Assembly: GCA_951406725.2 (NCBI GenBank)
Contig: OX597821.1
Span: forward strand, 75,020,001-75,084,000
Length of the DNA: 64,000 nucleotides
Source of the DNA: Octopus vulgaris
Lineage: Eukaryota
Reading direction: 5' to 3'
Shown here: positions 38,647 to 57,012 of the stretch, one piece after another
Position numbering within the stretch: position 1 is the stretch's first letter
Layout: each line of letters opens with the position of its first letter
Notes under the pieces: model-generated
The model's input: only the letters and a program-made list of their open reading frames with translations
What the model was told of the DNA's origin: nothing
The model's database searches: none
Made by a program: the position numbers and the translations under genes

Positions 38647-41600
38647 ACTCACACACACATATTGAAAGTAAGATCTTTTAAGTCTTGTTAAGTTCCTTGC
38701 AACTAAATTACCATAGAAAGACTCATCCACTATTTCTGGAAAAACCCTCTTTACTCTTGCACACAGTCAATTGTCAATCATTAAAGAATTTCTAATAATC
38801 TATATTACGGCTTAGAGGAGACAACAAACTGCTAAATTAAATGAAGTGAATGAGGTTAAGCAATCAGGGTGAACTGAACGAAAAAGGTCAAATCTACGTT
38901 GAGGCGCAGTAATAGTTGACAAAACAAACTAACATCTTTTGGCAGCAAAATGAGATGCCATTCAGCTTTGGTAAAGAAAGCGTTATTGGGCATAAATCGC
39001 TGCTAATCTCGGAAACTTGTCTTTAATTACACACAAAAGTCTTAATATACTCTGAGCAAAACAAACATGACATTCTAGACAAATACACTTATTATCTACC
39101 GTTTGCTGGGACTGATTTACATACAAAAATAATTAGACTTATAGCTCAGAAAATATTTACATCGCTTCTTTTTATATAACATAGACGAGAGCTGAACCAT
39201 TTCAAATTAGATTCGAAGTTAACCAGCTCTGAAGTGCCAGAAGTAAGCTAAAAGGAATATCTTTTTTCTTATTATTCGAGATTTCAGTTCTTTGCTAAAT
39301 AAGTATCTTAGAAAAGTGTGAAAATTAAAATTTTCCCTTATCTCTCTACATAAGCGCGCGTTTTGCTTTGATTCGAAACAGTCTTCACTGCAGGACTCTA
39401 TTTATTTTTGTATGTAGATGCTTCACATAACCCAGCAAATGTAAAAAGTGTTTTCATTATATTTTTATTCTTAACCAGTCATATGTGCCGCAAAATCAGA
39501 TTCTCTTCTTCTATAATGTTAACATTAGTACAGATCTGTCTTTCACTCCGTGAATACACTCTTTAAAGTAGAATAGGTGAAACCGGTTGTTGTTATATTC
39601 ATATATTTTCGAGCGCCGTTAATGATCAGGTTTAACTGCAAAATCTTCGTGAGCCTAGATTTTAGTGTTATCACATATATGCAACAAGCTTTTCACGAAA
39701 TCTGATGTAGTAAACAAAGCACAAATGGCCATATTGTTTTCGTGAAACTAAAGAGGAAAGAATTAATTTTTAACTCTAGAATTTCGAAATTCGTTTCGCA
39801 ACGACTTTGTCCCAGGTAAGATCTTAAGTACGCGGTATTTCGGAGGTCTTCCCTTTTGGTTTTACTTATGCTTTTTTCTGTGGAATTTATTTGATGCAGA
39901 CTGTGCAAAATCCTGTTGAATATTGATGCACGTAGGGGTTTGTGTTTTTATCCATGTCTATGATTATATAGTCTGGTGTAACCAAGTGTGTCATATTAAA
40001 TCCCTTTGCGTCAAAATCATAATTAAGCGGTTCAACCTCAGTTATATACTGACACAAAAATAAGAAGGAAAATTGCTTAGGTTGCTGTAATGACATGAAT
40101 GAAAACAGTAAAAGAATAAGCAGATAAACCCGGATGATTCCGGATAAAAAGAGGGACAGAATACAGCAATTTTAGTTCAATAAAATAGAATAAATATTTA
40201 AAGACATTAATCACGGCTGAACCAGCAGCAAAAGGAGTCATTCCTAGTTTATTAACATCAGAACGGGTCCAAGGTAAGCGTATATAGGGTACCCAACCTA
40301 TCAAACACTCTACTCTCTTAATCAGAAATAATCGATACAATAAATTGACTTGACCTCGTTGTTTATTTTGTTTTTCAATTTACAGAATTTCACTAAGTTT
40401 TTCACTTATAAAAATGCGTAGTCTTTTTTTAGAAAAAGAAAAATAACAGAAATTATACTTTTATTTGGTTATTCAGTGTTATTTACTGTTATTAAAATAT
40501 TAAGGAAAATAAAATGAAAATACGCAAGCTTTCCATTGTTTTTGTATTTTTTCAAAATAAAACTCCAAAATAAAACTCCCAACTTACAGCATGTATCAAA
40601 GATACTCATAATTTCACTATAAACATACCATCCAGCAAGTAGCCGAGTTTGCTATAAAGAGTTTTAAGCAAAAGTAAAGCTAAATACTAGTTCCATGGAA
40701 TACATAATATTTCTAATTAATATATGTTTTATTTAGAAATAACGTTTTGGCGCCACATACTCATTAAACGTTCATATCTGTGGTAGCTATTCAGCATTTT
40801 TAGAATCTATGAATTATACATGATATTAAAGCCGAATAGAAAGTTGTTTTCATGATCACCTCATTTTAGACCCTTAGGTAATCTTATGATTGTGTTTTGT
40901 TTACAGATAATTACATAAACAAAAATGTCCATTAGCTGCGTTAATTTACATTGTAGCTATTTCATTTTACTTGCAACCTTGCATTTTCGTTTTGTAATTA
41001 GGTAGAAATCACAGATTCCTGTAGGTCGTACTTTCTTAACAGCGAACTTGTGTTTCAACAAACTTGTTTACTAAAACAACTAAAATATATATAAAACTAT
41101 ATATAAAACAAAAAAAGTAAACAGAAGATACTAAAACTAATAGTATCCAAATTATTTATAAAATCAGTGAAATTAACGATGTTAATTAAAACAGCAATAA
41201 CTTATAACAGGAATTAAAATGACCACACTAATAATAGCCATAGCTGAAACTAAAATACTGACAAGAGAAAAATGTATTTATTTACCGCATAATTATTAAA
41301 TGAAATTATGTTAAAAGAAAATTGAATAAAAGGAATATTAATAAGTTTACGCCAAAAGGCTATGAAATCTGTTACAAGAGAGATGAAAAGATTTTTGTAA
41401 ATTTGTTGTCATGTAAAAACCAATGCTTATACGACATGCAACGCATTTTGTTTATCCATGAGAATTTTGTTTTGGACTGAAGTCACTCTACGTGAAGTTA
41501 GTGGTTGGTGACGAGAGGTAGAGGGAGGGAGGGGTGGAATAGAGACAGATAAACGGAGGGAGGGAGAGTGAGAGGGGTGGGCGAAATAGGTGTAGGAGAT

Positions 41601-41919
41601 TAAAAACTGATATAATAAATTTTACCTATCCTCCATGCTTCTCACATCAAAGAGAATTCCATCAATCATTTGAACTGAAGTGTGAGTGTAGGGGCGTGCG
41701 CACGTTTATGGGCGAGCTTGTGTTTATTAGAGCTTCTTGTGTGTGTGTGTGTGTGTGTGTGTGGGAGAGAGAGAGAGAGAAAGAGAGAATAAATCTATGA
41801 TTACAAATCTCTTAAAATCAGCATCTTATTTACAAAGGCGTTTCTATATCAGTGAACTATAGCAATGTATTTCCAGGAAATAATACGGTAGATGTGATAT
41901 AGCGACCCCACAGATAGAT

Positions 41920-41999
<80 letters not shown>

Positions 42000-42000
42000 T

Positions 42001-42040
<40 letters not shown>

Positions 42041-42060
42041 TATAGATAAATGGATGGGTG

Positions 42061-42109
<49 letters not shown>

Positions 42110-42120
42110 AGAGAGAGAGT
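41920..42120. repeat. (TA)n/(GATA)n microsatellite
   Basis: Seen directly. Confidence 0.95.
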
Positions 42121-42513
42121 GTGAGACATAGAAAAACATAGACAGAGAAAAAAGAAAAAGAGTTAGAGAGAGATAAAGGGAATAAGATTAAATTGTATTA
42201 GTCTCATACGCTTTGATTCGATCTTGTCGGGATCGATGTTAAATTTTCTTAGAATCTCCAGAAATATTGCGATCGACTCAAGGTATTCCAGCTCGATCTT
42301 ACACACATTGATAATGTTCTTATGTACAAGACATCTATACTTTTCTAGAAAACTAAACTTGTTAAGATTCGGATATATAAAAAAACTGGGTTTAACTATT
42401 CTTGACATTTGAGAATTACTTGTTTATATCTCAACAAAGTACTCACTGTTCACAAATCTAGTTTCCTCTTTTTCTTCTTATTCCGTATAGCAAATATTTT
42501 GTCCTTATGAAAA

Positions 42514-43323
42514 ATGGCGATCTGGCAGAATCGTTAGCACGCCTAGCAAAATGCTTAGTGGTATTTCGTTCATCCATACGTTCTGAGTTCAAATTCTGCC
42601 AAGGTCGACTTTGCTTTTCATTATTTCGGGCTCAATAAAAAAAAGTAGCAGTTAAGCACTGGAGTTGATGTAATTGACTTTCCCCTTCACTTGAAATTGT
42701 TGGCCTTGTGCTAAAATTGGAAGATCAATATTTTGTTCTTATGAACGGCAGTGAACTGGCAGAATCGTTAGCAAGCCGGGGGAACTGCTTGGCCGTATTT
42801 GATCTGTCTTTACGTTATGAGTTCAAATTCTGCTGAGGTCGACTTTGCCTTTCATCCTTTCGGGGTCGATAAATTGAGTACCAGTTACGCACTGGGGTCG
42901 ATATAATCGACTTAATCCGTTTGTCTGTCCTCTCTGTGTTTAGCCCCTTGTGGGTAGTAATGAAATAGGTATTTCCTGTCTCACGTTCTGAGTTCAAATT
43001 CCGCCGAGGTCGATTTTGCCTTTCATCCTTACGGGGGTCCTTAAATTAAGTACTAGTTACGCACTAGGGTCGATCTAATCGTCGGCTATCCCCCTCTCCT
43101 AAAATTTCGAGCCTCGTGCCTATAGTAGAAAAGAATCATTAGCAAGCTGGGAAAATTTCTAAGAGGCATTTCGTCCGTCTTTACTTTCTGAGATCAAATT
43201 TCGGTATGGTCGACTTGGCTCTTCATCCTTTCGGTGTCATTAAAGTGAGTACCATAGGAACCCTGTGGTATATAACACCCCATCTCTGAAATTGCTGACT
43301 TGTGCCAAAATATGAAACCAATA
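42514..43323 (+). mobile_element. Cluster of three same-orientation SINE group A copies (42514-42730, 42746-43135 with doubled core, 43132-43323)
   Basis: Three AGAATC(G/A)TTAGC heads and four GTCGA(C/T)TT..TCAT cores. Confidence 0.9.
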
Positions 43324-44914
43324 TTTAATGTTTATGAACACAGACGTTCACAGTTCGGTTTTTGTTTCTTCTGTACTATTTCTTGGCTGTACTGCATAGG
43401 GGGACTGTCCTTGGAGGTTTTCTGAAGAATATATTTTCTCTGTTTGACTGGGGACTTTGTTAACCGGCAGAATTTGCTAAAGTCTTCATTCTGGTAGAAA
43501 AAAATCGGCTTTTTGAGTAGCCTCCTATGTCTCGCCGCATGGCACAAGAGGTGTGAGTGTGGGATCGGGCAATTCTCATCAATGGAACAAATAGAAGAAT
43601 CGATTTCACTCTTTAACCGCTTCTTTATTTGTGAACCCTGTAAAGACAAGATAAATTTGGCCACGGTATGATTTGAAATCAGAGTGCAGTCGGAAAATGT
43701 AATGAAAAGCTTTCTGCCTGATGACCTAGCACCTCTGTCAGTTCGGAAATTCTGAACTGAATTAATTCGAGATTTAGTAAGAATTTTCCAAAGAAAGCAT
43801 TTCTTTTAAAACTTAGATTCGAAAAAAGGATAAACGGAAAAGTCATACGTACACGTAAAGTACGACGATACAGAAACGTTTCCGGAATATGCGAATTGGC
43901 GAAATTCATATCACTCTGGACCACTTTCAAAATGCATTAAATGAACTGGTTTCATATGAGAATTGAAACCGCACTGCACTTCAGTTGACAAATCATAACA
44001 GTTTCAAAGTTAGGAGCATGAGTGCCCAACCTCTAAAACGTCTACGTACTGACTTCGCTTGCAAGAAATAACAGCTAAATCTCATTTGAATCATACCCTG
44101 CATATCTTCAATAAAAGGAAAAGCTCGATGAATGATGTCGTTCTAGAAATATTCTTTCCGAATAAAAGTGTTAATTGTGACGGCTAAAACGGTTTTGGTG
44201 GATGATAATGAAGGCTGCACTTGGGGTAAACAAAACTGTGATGTGTTTGCCCAATTCCTCCGATAATTATTAATGAAAATATATGAATGTTCTTTTCCGT
44301 GTTTTGTCCTATTGACCGGAGTACACCTACGAACCAAAAGTATTCAGTTCGTGGCAATACCAGAGCGAATTGTTTGAGTTTTTAGAGGGTTGGACCAAAA
44401 TCCTTGGCGGCATTAGTTCGTATTTTGATATTCTGATTCCGAATACACCGAAATGGAGCTTATTTATCTCCTTCAGGGACATGAAATAACAGAATTAATG
44501 GGCAGTAGAGTGGCGAACTTGGTAAAGCGTTAGGAGAAATGAAATGCAATGCAGTATTTGGTGTGGTCTTAATATTCTGGGTTCAAAGACAGGTGAACTT
44601 GTCTGTCAAGATGACAAATAGCTTCGTGTAAAATTTACCTGAAGGAAGACATCAGGAGACTAATGGCATTGAGTCCCGTCAAGGAAGTCATCAGAAGTTA
44701 TTCATAAAACTCACGCACAGAAAAGAATAAAATAACTCAGTTTAAACTTCTTAATGTGGCACTATAATTACCTGGTAATAAGGAAATTGCGAAAGATTTT
44801 TGGCTGCTAATTGTCGGACATTGTTGGACTTCAGGAAAGTCAACTCGGGCCAGATGGAAAGGGTTAAATCAATCACTCAACTACAGATTCACTTCATCCG
44901 ACGCGTTTCTATGA

Positions 44915-45007
<93 letters not shown>

Positions 45008-45026
45008 CATTATTATTATTATTATT

Positions 45027-45565
<539 letters not shown>

Positions 45566-46479
45566 CATTATTATTATTATTATTATTCACAAATGGAAAC
45601 TATGGAAGAGTACATTTTGCTAAAAGATATTAATCCAAACCACTTGTAAATACATACGGAGTACGGTGTTTGTAACGTGATTTGAACTGACTAATACGCC
45701 GGTCATTTATCAATTCTGAACACTATGCACACGACTATTTATCACTATGTTGCAAGAACATCACACACCTAAAACCATAAAAAGAATAAATTTATATTGA
45801 AGACGTTATATAATAAGTGGAATCTCGCTGCAACAGGAAAGAAAGCGTTAATGGAAATGCTGCCAGGAGAGAATGGAACATCTGAAGTGTAAACTGGTAC
45901 GTTTTGTTTTGAGATGATAAAACATTGTAATCCATTTAACTGTAGCGGTGTGAGTGTTCACCTGTAGACATTCTTCCTTAAACCAAAATCGATGTAGTTG
46001 TCATTAACCAGTTTCCGGTGTTCTATCTAGCAGTCAACAATCTGGTAGGTTCTGAAGCAAATTAGATTCCCTCTGTTGGTGTTAGTTTCAGCCACCAATT
46101 TAACCGTTGTTATGGTAACGATGTCTTCTTAATGAGTATTTTCAAAATTTGCTTAACTTTTACCTCGCACAGTAAATATTGATCGTTCTGTTCTTTTATA
46201 CATTTTAAAACCATTTACATACAAACTTACTTAAAGATGTTCTCGTACAAACACGCACACAGATTTATACGAGTAAGCAGATAGGCAAAACTCGCTTTTG
46301 TGCACGTGTGCATAGACACAAACACAAGTGCACATACCTACACATGCACTGAATATAAGACTCCTAACTTGTTGTGGATGTAAAAGTATATACTTATGTC
46401 AACTTCAAGATTTCGCCGTTGTTGGTTTCTAAGCATCGGTGAAACTTCGAAGGAAACAACAGACAATAAGAGATAATTA

Positions 46480-46823
<344 letters not shown>

Positions 46824-46825
<2 letters not shown>

Positions 46826-46992
46826 AGGGGCTGCAATAAGATAGGAGCACTTGCCGAAAACAGCACTGCTTCAAACCGCCCGAATACTCCGGATGGTACT
46901 CGAAAAATAAGGGGTGTTACCTTAGTTCATAGGTAGTGAACAGCTGACACCTTAGCACATCTCCAGCGTTAGAAGCTGTGCAAAGACAATCA
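46824..46992 (+). mobile_element. Short 3' end of R4/Dong-type LINE between (TAA)n tracts
   Basis: IGAAIR..EHLPKTALLQTARILRMVLEK*. Homologous to 62050-62140. Confidence 0.85.
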
Positions 46993-47031
46993 ATAATAAT
47001 AATAATAATAACAACAATAATAATAATAATG

Positions 47032-49262
<2,231 letters not shown>

Positions 49263-49399
49263 TAATAACGACAAGAACAACAACAAAAATAAACAAAAAC
49301 AACAACAATAACAATAAACACAAACACGAACAAAGCAAAAAACAGTTTTCAGGAAACTAACAAATGCAAAAAAGAAGTAATAGTACCTAACAATTATAA

Positions 49400-49470
49400 A
49401 GAAGAAGAATAAGAAGTAGAAGAAGAAGAAGAAGAAGAAGAAGAAGAAGAAGAAGAAGAAGAAGAAGAAG

Positions 49471-49501
<31 letters not shown>

Positions 49502-49551
49502 GGAAGAAGAAGAAGAAGAAGAAGTGGAAGAAGAAGAAGAAGAAGAAGAAG

Positions 49552-49582
<31 letters not shown>

Positions 49583-49692
49583 GGAAGAAGAAGAAGAAGA
49601 AGAAGAAGTGGAAGAAGAAGTGGAAGAAGAAGAAGAAGAAGAAGAAGAAGAAGAAGAAGAAGAAGAAGAAGAAGAAGAAGAAGAAGAAGAAA
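49400..49692. repeat. (GAA)n tract with GTG interruptions
   Basis: Seen directly. Source of the poly-E/F/S/L ORFs. Confidence 0.95.
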
Positions 49693-49699
49693 AAGACAA

Positions 49700-50118
49700 A
49701 AGCTGTAAAACAACAGAAATCCACACTAAAAATTGGAACAGAAAAGGCTCCTTATAAAACGATGGCAAGAAAAGCTCCTTCATGGCAAATATTAGGTTCA
49801 AATAAACAGAAAAGAAATAGACAGTGCAAAATCCCAACAATGGTTGAGAACTTCTAGACTCAAAGAAGAAGCTGAAGGATTTTTAATTGCAGCACAAGAT
49901 CGAAGCCTTCCCATCAGAAGTTACCCAAAACATGTAATAAAAAGAAATACAACAGCTTAGTGCAGAATATGTGGAGATGGACAATAAACCATAAATCATT
50001 TTGTCTCTGGCTGCCCAGTTCTGGCTAAGAGAGAATATATTCACAGACACGACAAAGTTTTGGTCTATATACACTATATGCCAAGATTATGGAATAGCAA
50101 CAGGAAAAAGATGGTAAG
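49700..50118 (+). mobile_element. R4/Dong-type LINE fragment (CCHC zinc knuckle region)
   Basis: WQEKLLHGKY..QWLR..EAEGFLIAAQD..CRICG..TINHFVSGCPVLAKREYIHRHD. Confidence 0.85.
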
Positions 50119-50121
50119 GAC

Positions 50122-50435
50122 CACTCCCTCGTTTACAACGACAAAGGTCCCAGCTGATACGATCAACGGGACAGCTTGCTCGTGAAATGAAGGTGCAAGT
50201 GGCTGGGCACTCCACAGACACGTATACCCTTAACGCAGTACTCAGGAAGATTTAGCGTGATACAGAACGTAACAAGACTGACGCTTTGAATTACTGGTAC
50301 TACTCATTTTTGCCATATCAGTGGACTGGAGCAATGTAAAATAAAGTGTCTTGATCAAGGACACAACACATCGCCGGGAATTGAATTACACGACCTTACA
50401 ATAATGAGCCGAATGCCGTAACCACTGTCACGTAC
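50122..50435 (-). mobile_element. SINE group B (second copy at 50995-51312)
   Basis: Reverse of the group B body: AATAAAGTGTCTTGATCAAGGACACAAC..TAACCACT. Confidence 0.88.
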
Positions 50436-50449
50436 CCTCACATATTTAT

Positions 50450-50645
50450 AAAAAGGAAGAAAAAACACAAGAAAGAAGCAACAACGCGAGAATCTACTAC
50501 ATGCAAGGTATTAAAGACGCTCAGGGAAGGAAAGGAAGGGTGGTTTACGTTTGGAGCAAAGCTCTTCCTCAGAAAGAGAAGACAGTGGAAAGTCCAAGAG
50601 AAAACGAAGACGGAGGAAAAGAATCGCCAACAATCCGCATGTAGT
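50450..50645 (-). mobile_element. H1 hammerhead-bearing repeat (second copy at 51325-51520)
   Basis: Colinear with 4745-4920. The motif at 50543-50575 reads CTGAGGA-A-GAGC ttt GCTC-CAAAC-GTA (conserved G of GAAA lost). Confidence 0.75.
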
Positions 50646-50657
50646 TATATATACATG

Positions 50658-50692
<35 letters not shown>

Positions 50693-50698
50693 GTATAT

Positions 50699-50751
<53 letters not shown>

Positions 50752-51532
50752 ATTTTTAATTGCAGCACAAGATCGAAGCCTTCCCATCAGAAGTTACCCA
50801 AAACATGTAATAAAAAGAAATACAACAGCTAACTGCAGAATATGTGGAGATGGACAAGAAACCATAAATCATTTTGTCTCTGGCTGCCCAGTCCTGGCTA
50901 AGAGGGAATATATTCACAGACACGACAGAGTTTGGGTCTATATACACTATATGCCAACATTATGGAATAGCAACAGGAAAAAGATGGTAAGGACCACTCC
51001 CTCGTTTACGACGACGAAAGGTCCCAGCTAATACGATCAACGGGACAGCTTGCTCGTGAAATGAAGGTGCAAGTGGCTGGGCACTTCACAGACAGACACG
51101 TATACCCTTAACGCAGTGCTCGGGAAGATTTAGCGTGATACAGAATGTAACAAGACTGACGCTTTGAATTACTGGTACTACTCATTTTTGCCAGATGAGT
51201 GGACTGGAGCAATGTAAAATAAAGTGTCTTGATCAAGGACACAACACATCGCCGGGAATTGGATTCACGACCTTACAATAATGAGCCGAATGCCGTAACC
51301 ACTGTCACGTACTCTCACATATTTATAAAAAGGAAGAAAAAACACAAGAAAGAAGCAACAACGCGAGAATCTAGTACATGCAAGGTATTAAAGACGCTCA
51401 GGGAAGGAAAGGAAGGGTGGTTTACGTTTGGAGCAAAGCTCTTCCTCAGAAAGAGAAGACAGTGGAAAGTCCAAGAGAAAACGAAGACGGAGGAAAAGAA
51501 TCGCCAACAATCCGCATGTAGTTATATATACA

Positions 51533-51674
<142 letters not shown>

Positions 51675-51813
51675 CATCGACAAACGAATAGGGGCACTCA
51701 ACACATTTAGTGGGAGCTATACGTATGGATCACAGCAGTTTTATTGACACTCCTTGGTACTCTGAGTTTCAAGCGTGAAGCTAATCTTTGATCATGGGAG
51801 TTTGAATATATAT

Positions 51814-51901
<88 letters not shown>

Positions 51902-52191
51902 ACATATATATATATATACGTATCTATATATGTATACAAACACACCAACTCGCACACGCTTACATACACACACACAACGCATGCGCACACGCACACACAC
52001 GCATACATTGCACTTTACCATTAGACAGACAGATTATGAAATTTCTTATCAGAAGATGTGAGTCAAACACTGAAAGTCAAGTCCGTCTTCTACCTACTTC
52101 ATTCATCGGAAGAGAAATAAAAGGATTAAGATTATAATTTTGTGTCCGACTAATCTCTTCTCTTGTCTATATATTTGCAATATTATCATTT

Positions 52192-52236
52192 ACACTACGT
52201 TTCAGACGGGCTGGTCTTACGCTGTTATCTGGTGTC
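52192..52236 (-). ncRNA. Degenerate hammerhead-like motif
   Basis: ACAC-CAGATAA...GAAAC-GTA-GTGT. Stem I and the 3' core are intact; the 5' core is decayed. Confidence 0.3.
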
Positions 52237-54943
52237 ATATCTGAAACTATTGTAACTAGAAACCTTATTTCTTAACATATGTTAACTATGTCCGTATTTA
52301 TTAAAGAACCTTCTGAAAGTTCGTTCAGAAACTCAAGTCTTATGTGCGATTTCAGTATTTATCTTTATACATATCTTGGAATTTAACACTCGATGGCGAT
52401 GAGAAATAAAATCGATCGAAACATAGTATAAATATAAACAATATGATATACCGGACATATGAACACATCTAAAGACATCCCAGATCTCTGAAAGTGTAAA
52501 CTGCAACAGGTTTTCTGCTCAGATCTTTAAAAAAGACCAAAAAAAGATGGAAGATTATAACGTTGTCAATTTTCTTTTCTTGCAAAACATTAATGATTTC
52601 TCCTATTCTTGGCACAGATGTACACACTTCTAACGGAAAAGAAATAGTCAAAATCTAGAGAACTTGGTGACTCGTTAGATAGGCAGTAGAACGTCTATTA
52701 GTATTTTTAACCGGTTTTCTAGAATTTGATTTCATATGTCACTATTGTCACTTTTACCTTTCATTATCGTGGGGTCAATTAAATACCTGTCAAATACTGA
52801 GCTGTTTCATTCTTCACTCCTTCATTCTTTCAGAACTGGTTATAGACAAGATGGTAGTATCTTGTATATTGTTAAAAAAGAAATAAGAAAGCAAACCAGT
52901 CTCCCTTACCTATTGTCTCACGAAAATTGCATGTGAAGGACATCAGTTCTTGTCAAGGAAGTCTTTCAGGATCGTTCCTTGTTTTGGTAGCACAAAAGAG
53001 TAAAGTCGGGCGAAATCCATGAATCGATAATTATTCCCACGACTCACAATCTGGTGTGTGCTAATGTTACCCGCAGTCGGAAATTTAGTCCACGGTTTAA
53101 CCATTTCTACCATGGCATCGATCAGAACAAATATTATAAAACAGATTCAGATAAACATAGTTATGTGATAAAAATACGAAGAATTAATCCAAAGCAGGGA
53201 CAGAAATAAAAATATCAAAGGAAAGATGATAACAATAAATGAAATCTAAATGAACAATAAAATATATTTTCTGGTCGAATCTCTAAAATCTTTTGAAACA
53301 TTATTCTCTGGACAAGTGTCAAATACAGGAATAAATTATTGCAGCAACTGCTGTTAATGTCGTTAGAAAGTGTTTCATTTCCATTGAGATCATTTTATTA
53401 ATTGACGAGACAGCTATTTTCTGATTGCAGTTACAATAATCTTCCTAGTGAGATGTAATCAGAAACCTCTTTATTTACTCAGGATGTTGTTGAAGTTGAA
53501 ACGAGTTGGGAGACATATGTTGTTATTCTATGTCAGTTCAACCTCTTATAGTGTTTGTAAGATAATTATGGCCGATTCTGTGTAAATTTTCAGAGGCTGA
53601 TGTACCCCAAAGAGAAACTATATTTAAAGCGTTCTGCAGCACGTTTTTGTTTTACGCCCCACCTCGAGTTATGCCGTCTCATATGGCCGGTTTTCCGGTT
53701 TCCATGGCGTATATAGACTCCACCTGGATGGATAGCCAGTCAGTCGCGGGATTCCTGAGGGAGATCAGATATATATATCGAAAGTATACATTTGCAAATA
53801 TATAATTATTTATTTGAAAATATAAAGCAAAAGCAATGATTCTGGATGCCACGTCATAAAGTCGTTTATAGGAACGAAAATGCAAAAGAAAAGACAAAAT
53901 GGATTACAAAGCATCAGATATAGAACAGAGTCGAAATGTTGTCCAAGTAAAATTATTTAGTAAACATATAATCACTCAATGGTGTGAACGTATTGAAAAG
54001 AATCAACAGATGAAATAACGAACTTAAATTTTCCATTATTCCAACTAGATTTATCATCTTATATACTTATCAGTTACTGTGCAATACAAATAAACGAACA
54101 TTTCGCTGGCTACGTACGGGTTATATTTTCCTAAATCATGTAATGTCACGAATAGGTCGTATGGAATCACGTTTATGTTCTTGTGAAAACTATACAAAAC
54201 GTTGGTGGTATTATATGTTTCATTATATATATTTCATCGTGAAAATTATCGGAATGGAGATAAAATATGAAAGTCTGGTTTCTAATGATTTCCAAACGAT
54301 ACTCTTCCTTTTCCAGGAGCTACAAATCGTTAATAAGATCGTTCCATTCATGGAAGCAACCAAAAGATACAAGTAAAGGATTTAATGACTTTTTCTTATC
54401 GACCTTTATTAATAGGTTTAACATCTAATCCGTTGTGACCAGTTATGGCTACTTTGCTTTCAATGGAGTTTTAATGCAAATAAACAAAAGTCTCTTTCTC
54501 AATATATTTTATCCAATATAAATTGAAAACATTTTGTTATTTGTCTTCTCAATATATATTGTTGTACCATTGTACATAGCAATAAAAGAGTAAAAGGTTT
54601 CCAAAATATTTGGTCCTTTCTTGAAATTTTATAGAACACGATAGTCAGGAGATAAAAATTGGAACTTTTATTAAAATTAAATCACTGCATAAATAATGTA
54701 GCCTCGATAGACAATGCATTATTATTCAAGAAAATCAAGAATTTATTCATACTAACTAAATATCAGCGAAAATAATTTAACATTTCATTGTTTTCGATCG
54801 CAAATTAAAATTATAACTGTAACCCCTAAGCGATACACGAATTGAGAGTACGATTTAAGAATATATATTTATGATCATTTCAGAATAGCATCATTAGTTC
54901 TGATATTATCTATCTATCTATCTATCTAAATGTATATATATAA

Positions 54944-55021
<78 letters not shown>

Positions 55022-55029
55022 TGAAAGTG

Positions 55030-56236
55030 TTGTATACAGTGCTCAGGTACACTATAAAAACAAGGCCATCATGTGTAATGTTGGCGGATTTCAGAAAACA
55101 TGGACTTTTTGAAGGATTTGGTGTCTCAACAACTTACAACTGATGCGGGTAGTTTACTCCTTGTTTCAGCAATTCTGAGCTTGAAAAAATGTTTCTGAAA
55201 GTCACATGGATGCTGTGTTGTTTTTCGATTTTATAAGTATGTCCGCTAGTGTTTGTCATATGGAATTCGAAAAGGTGCCCAAGGTTGTTGTTGAAAAGAT
55301 GGAGGATAATCTTGTGGGTGTCTACCAAGTCAGTTGCCAGACGTCTGAGCTTTAATGTGTTCATGTCCAAGGAAGCAAGACATTCAGAGTATGGTAGAAG
55401 CCTGCCGGCAGGTATTCGTCTGCTTATACGTTTGTGAACTGTTTCCAGGAGATTTATATGATGAGCAAGACTGGTGATACAAATTCCAAGTGTGGACGTA
55501 CCATTGTCGTATACAATTTAAAATAGGTAGCTGGAGAGCGGCTGATAAAGGCCTTACTGAGTGATGCTAGCACCCCACTTCCCCCTCAGCTTTCTGGACA
55601 ATCTTAGGGATGTGGTTTGTCCAATGTAGATCGTTGTTTACAATAATGCCCAGATCACGTCCGCTAGAAGACTTCTTGAGATTGATGTCGCTGAGGGAGT
55701 ATGTAAAGGCTGGATTCTTCCTCCCAAAATGCATGGTGACGCACTTGTCCACAGCTAATTTGAGTTGCCACTCAGAAATCCATTGCTGCATTGCAATCAG
55801 GTCTAATTGCAGGGAAGATCTATAGCGCATAGGATCTGTTCTTTTTATTTCGAGGTACAGCCTGATGTCATCTGCATATTTCAGCACTGTAACATTCCTC
55901 AAATTGTAACATTCCTCTATATCATTAATATATGCAACAAACAGTAAAGGTCCAAGAACGCATCACTGTGGTACACAAGAAGTCAACTCGTAGGATGAAG
56001 AATGATATCATCCTAGAACCGCAACTACCTCTTTCTGGCCCAGAATGAAGGACTTCAGTCAGTTATAGAGATCATCATTTACACTCATTGCAGAGGGTTT
56101 TAACATGAGTCGTTTGTGCGGCACAGAATTGAAGGCTTTAGCAAAATCAAGGTAGACAGCATCCTCCCATGAGCCGCCATTAGTAACTCGGTTTATGCCC
56201 TCAAGAAACTCGATGAGTTGACTACAGCAGCTGGAG
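55030..56236 (-). mobile_element. CR1/L2-group LINE RT fragment, 5'-truncated
   Basis: [83 protein letters not shown] and TLKLRRLATDL. Confidence 0.92.
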
Positions 56237-56266
56237 ATATATATACATATAAATATATATATATAC

Positions 56267-56333
<67 letters not shown>

Positions 56334-57012
56334 GTATGTATTTATATGGCTATATATATGTATGTGTGTGTATGTATGTATACCTATGTACATTTACAAA
56401 TAATACACACAGACTACATTTGTGTGTGTGGTGGTGAGCTTGGACGCATATATATGGAAATTAATGGCAGAATGAAAGACTGGAGGAGTGAAAGAAGTTG
56501 GAAAGATAAAAACACCCTTGTAAATCACCAATATTGGAGAATTTGGTAATTCGATAGATTGCAGAATGTTTTCTATAAACAGGGTAAGACAATATGACTT
56601 GTTTAAAATAGTTAATAAAAACCGCGGTGACGTTAATAGAGAGTATGGAAAGAAGTGATAATGCAAAATATAAATAATACGAGAGAGAGTGAGAGAGGGT
56701 GGGAGAGAGAGGGAGAGAGAAAGAGTGAGGAATTTAATCGTAGAGAACTTTGGATAGAAGCTAGAAAGTTGAGAGACTATCAAAGGTCGGTCAGTAATGG
56801 ATAACATTTAAAAATCGAAATTTTGTTTGTAATATCAAATTGCAAAATAAATGTAGACCAACTTATAAAAAAGCTGCATAAAACTTTTTGCCGTTTCCAA
56901 AAGGAACTTTTATTTCAGGTGCATCGACGGTAGGGTTGCTTTAACTGTTGCCTATTTCTTTAGTTTTTCTGATCGACTATTCCTGCCAAAGTTCCATAGT
57001 ATTCATTCTGCT

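Noticed and set aside
56430-56900. Possible third Penelope RT fragment (RPLIVSQLSS..KFL)
   Set aside because: A single weak motif; insufficient support.
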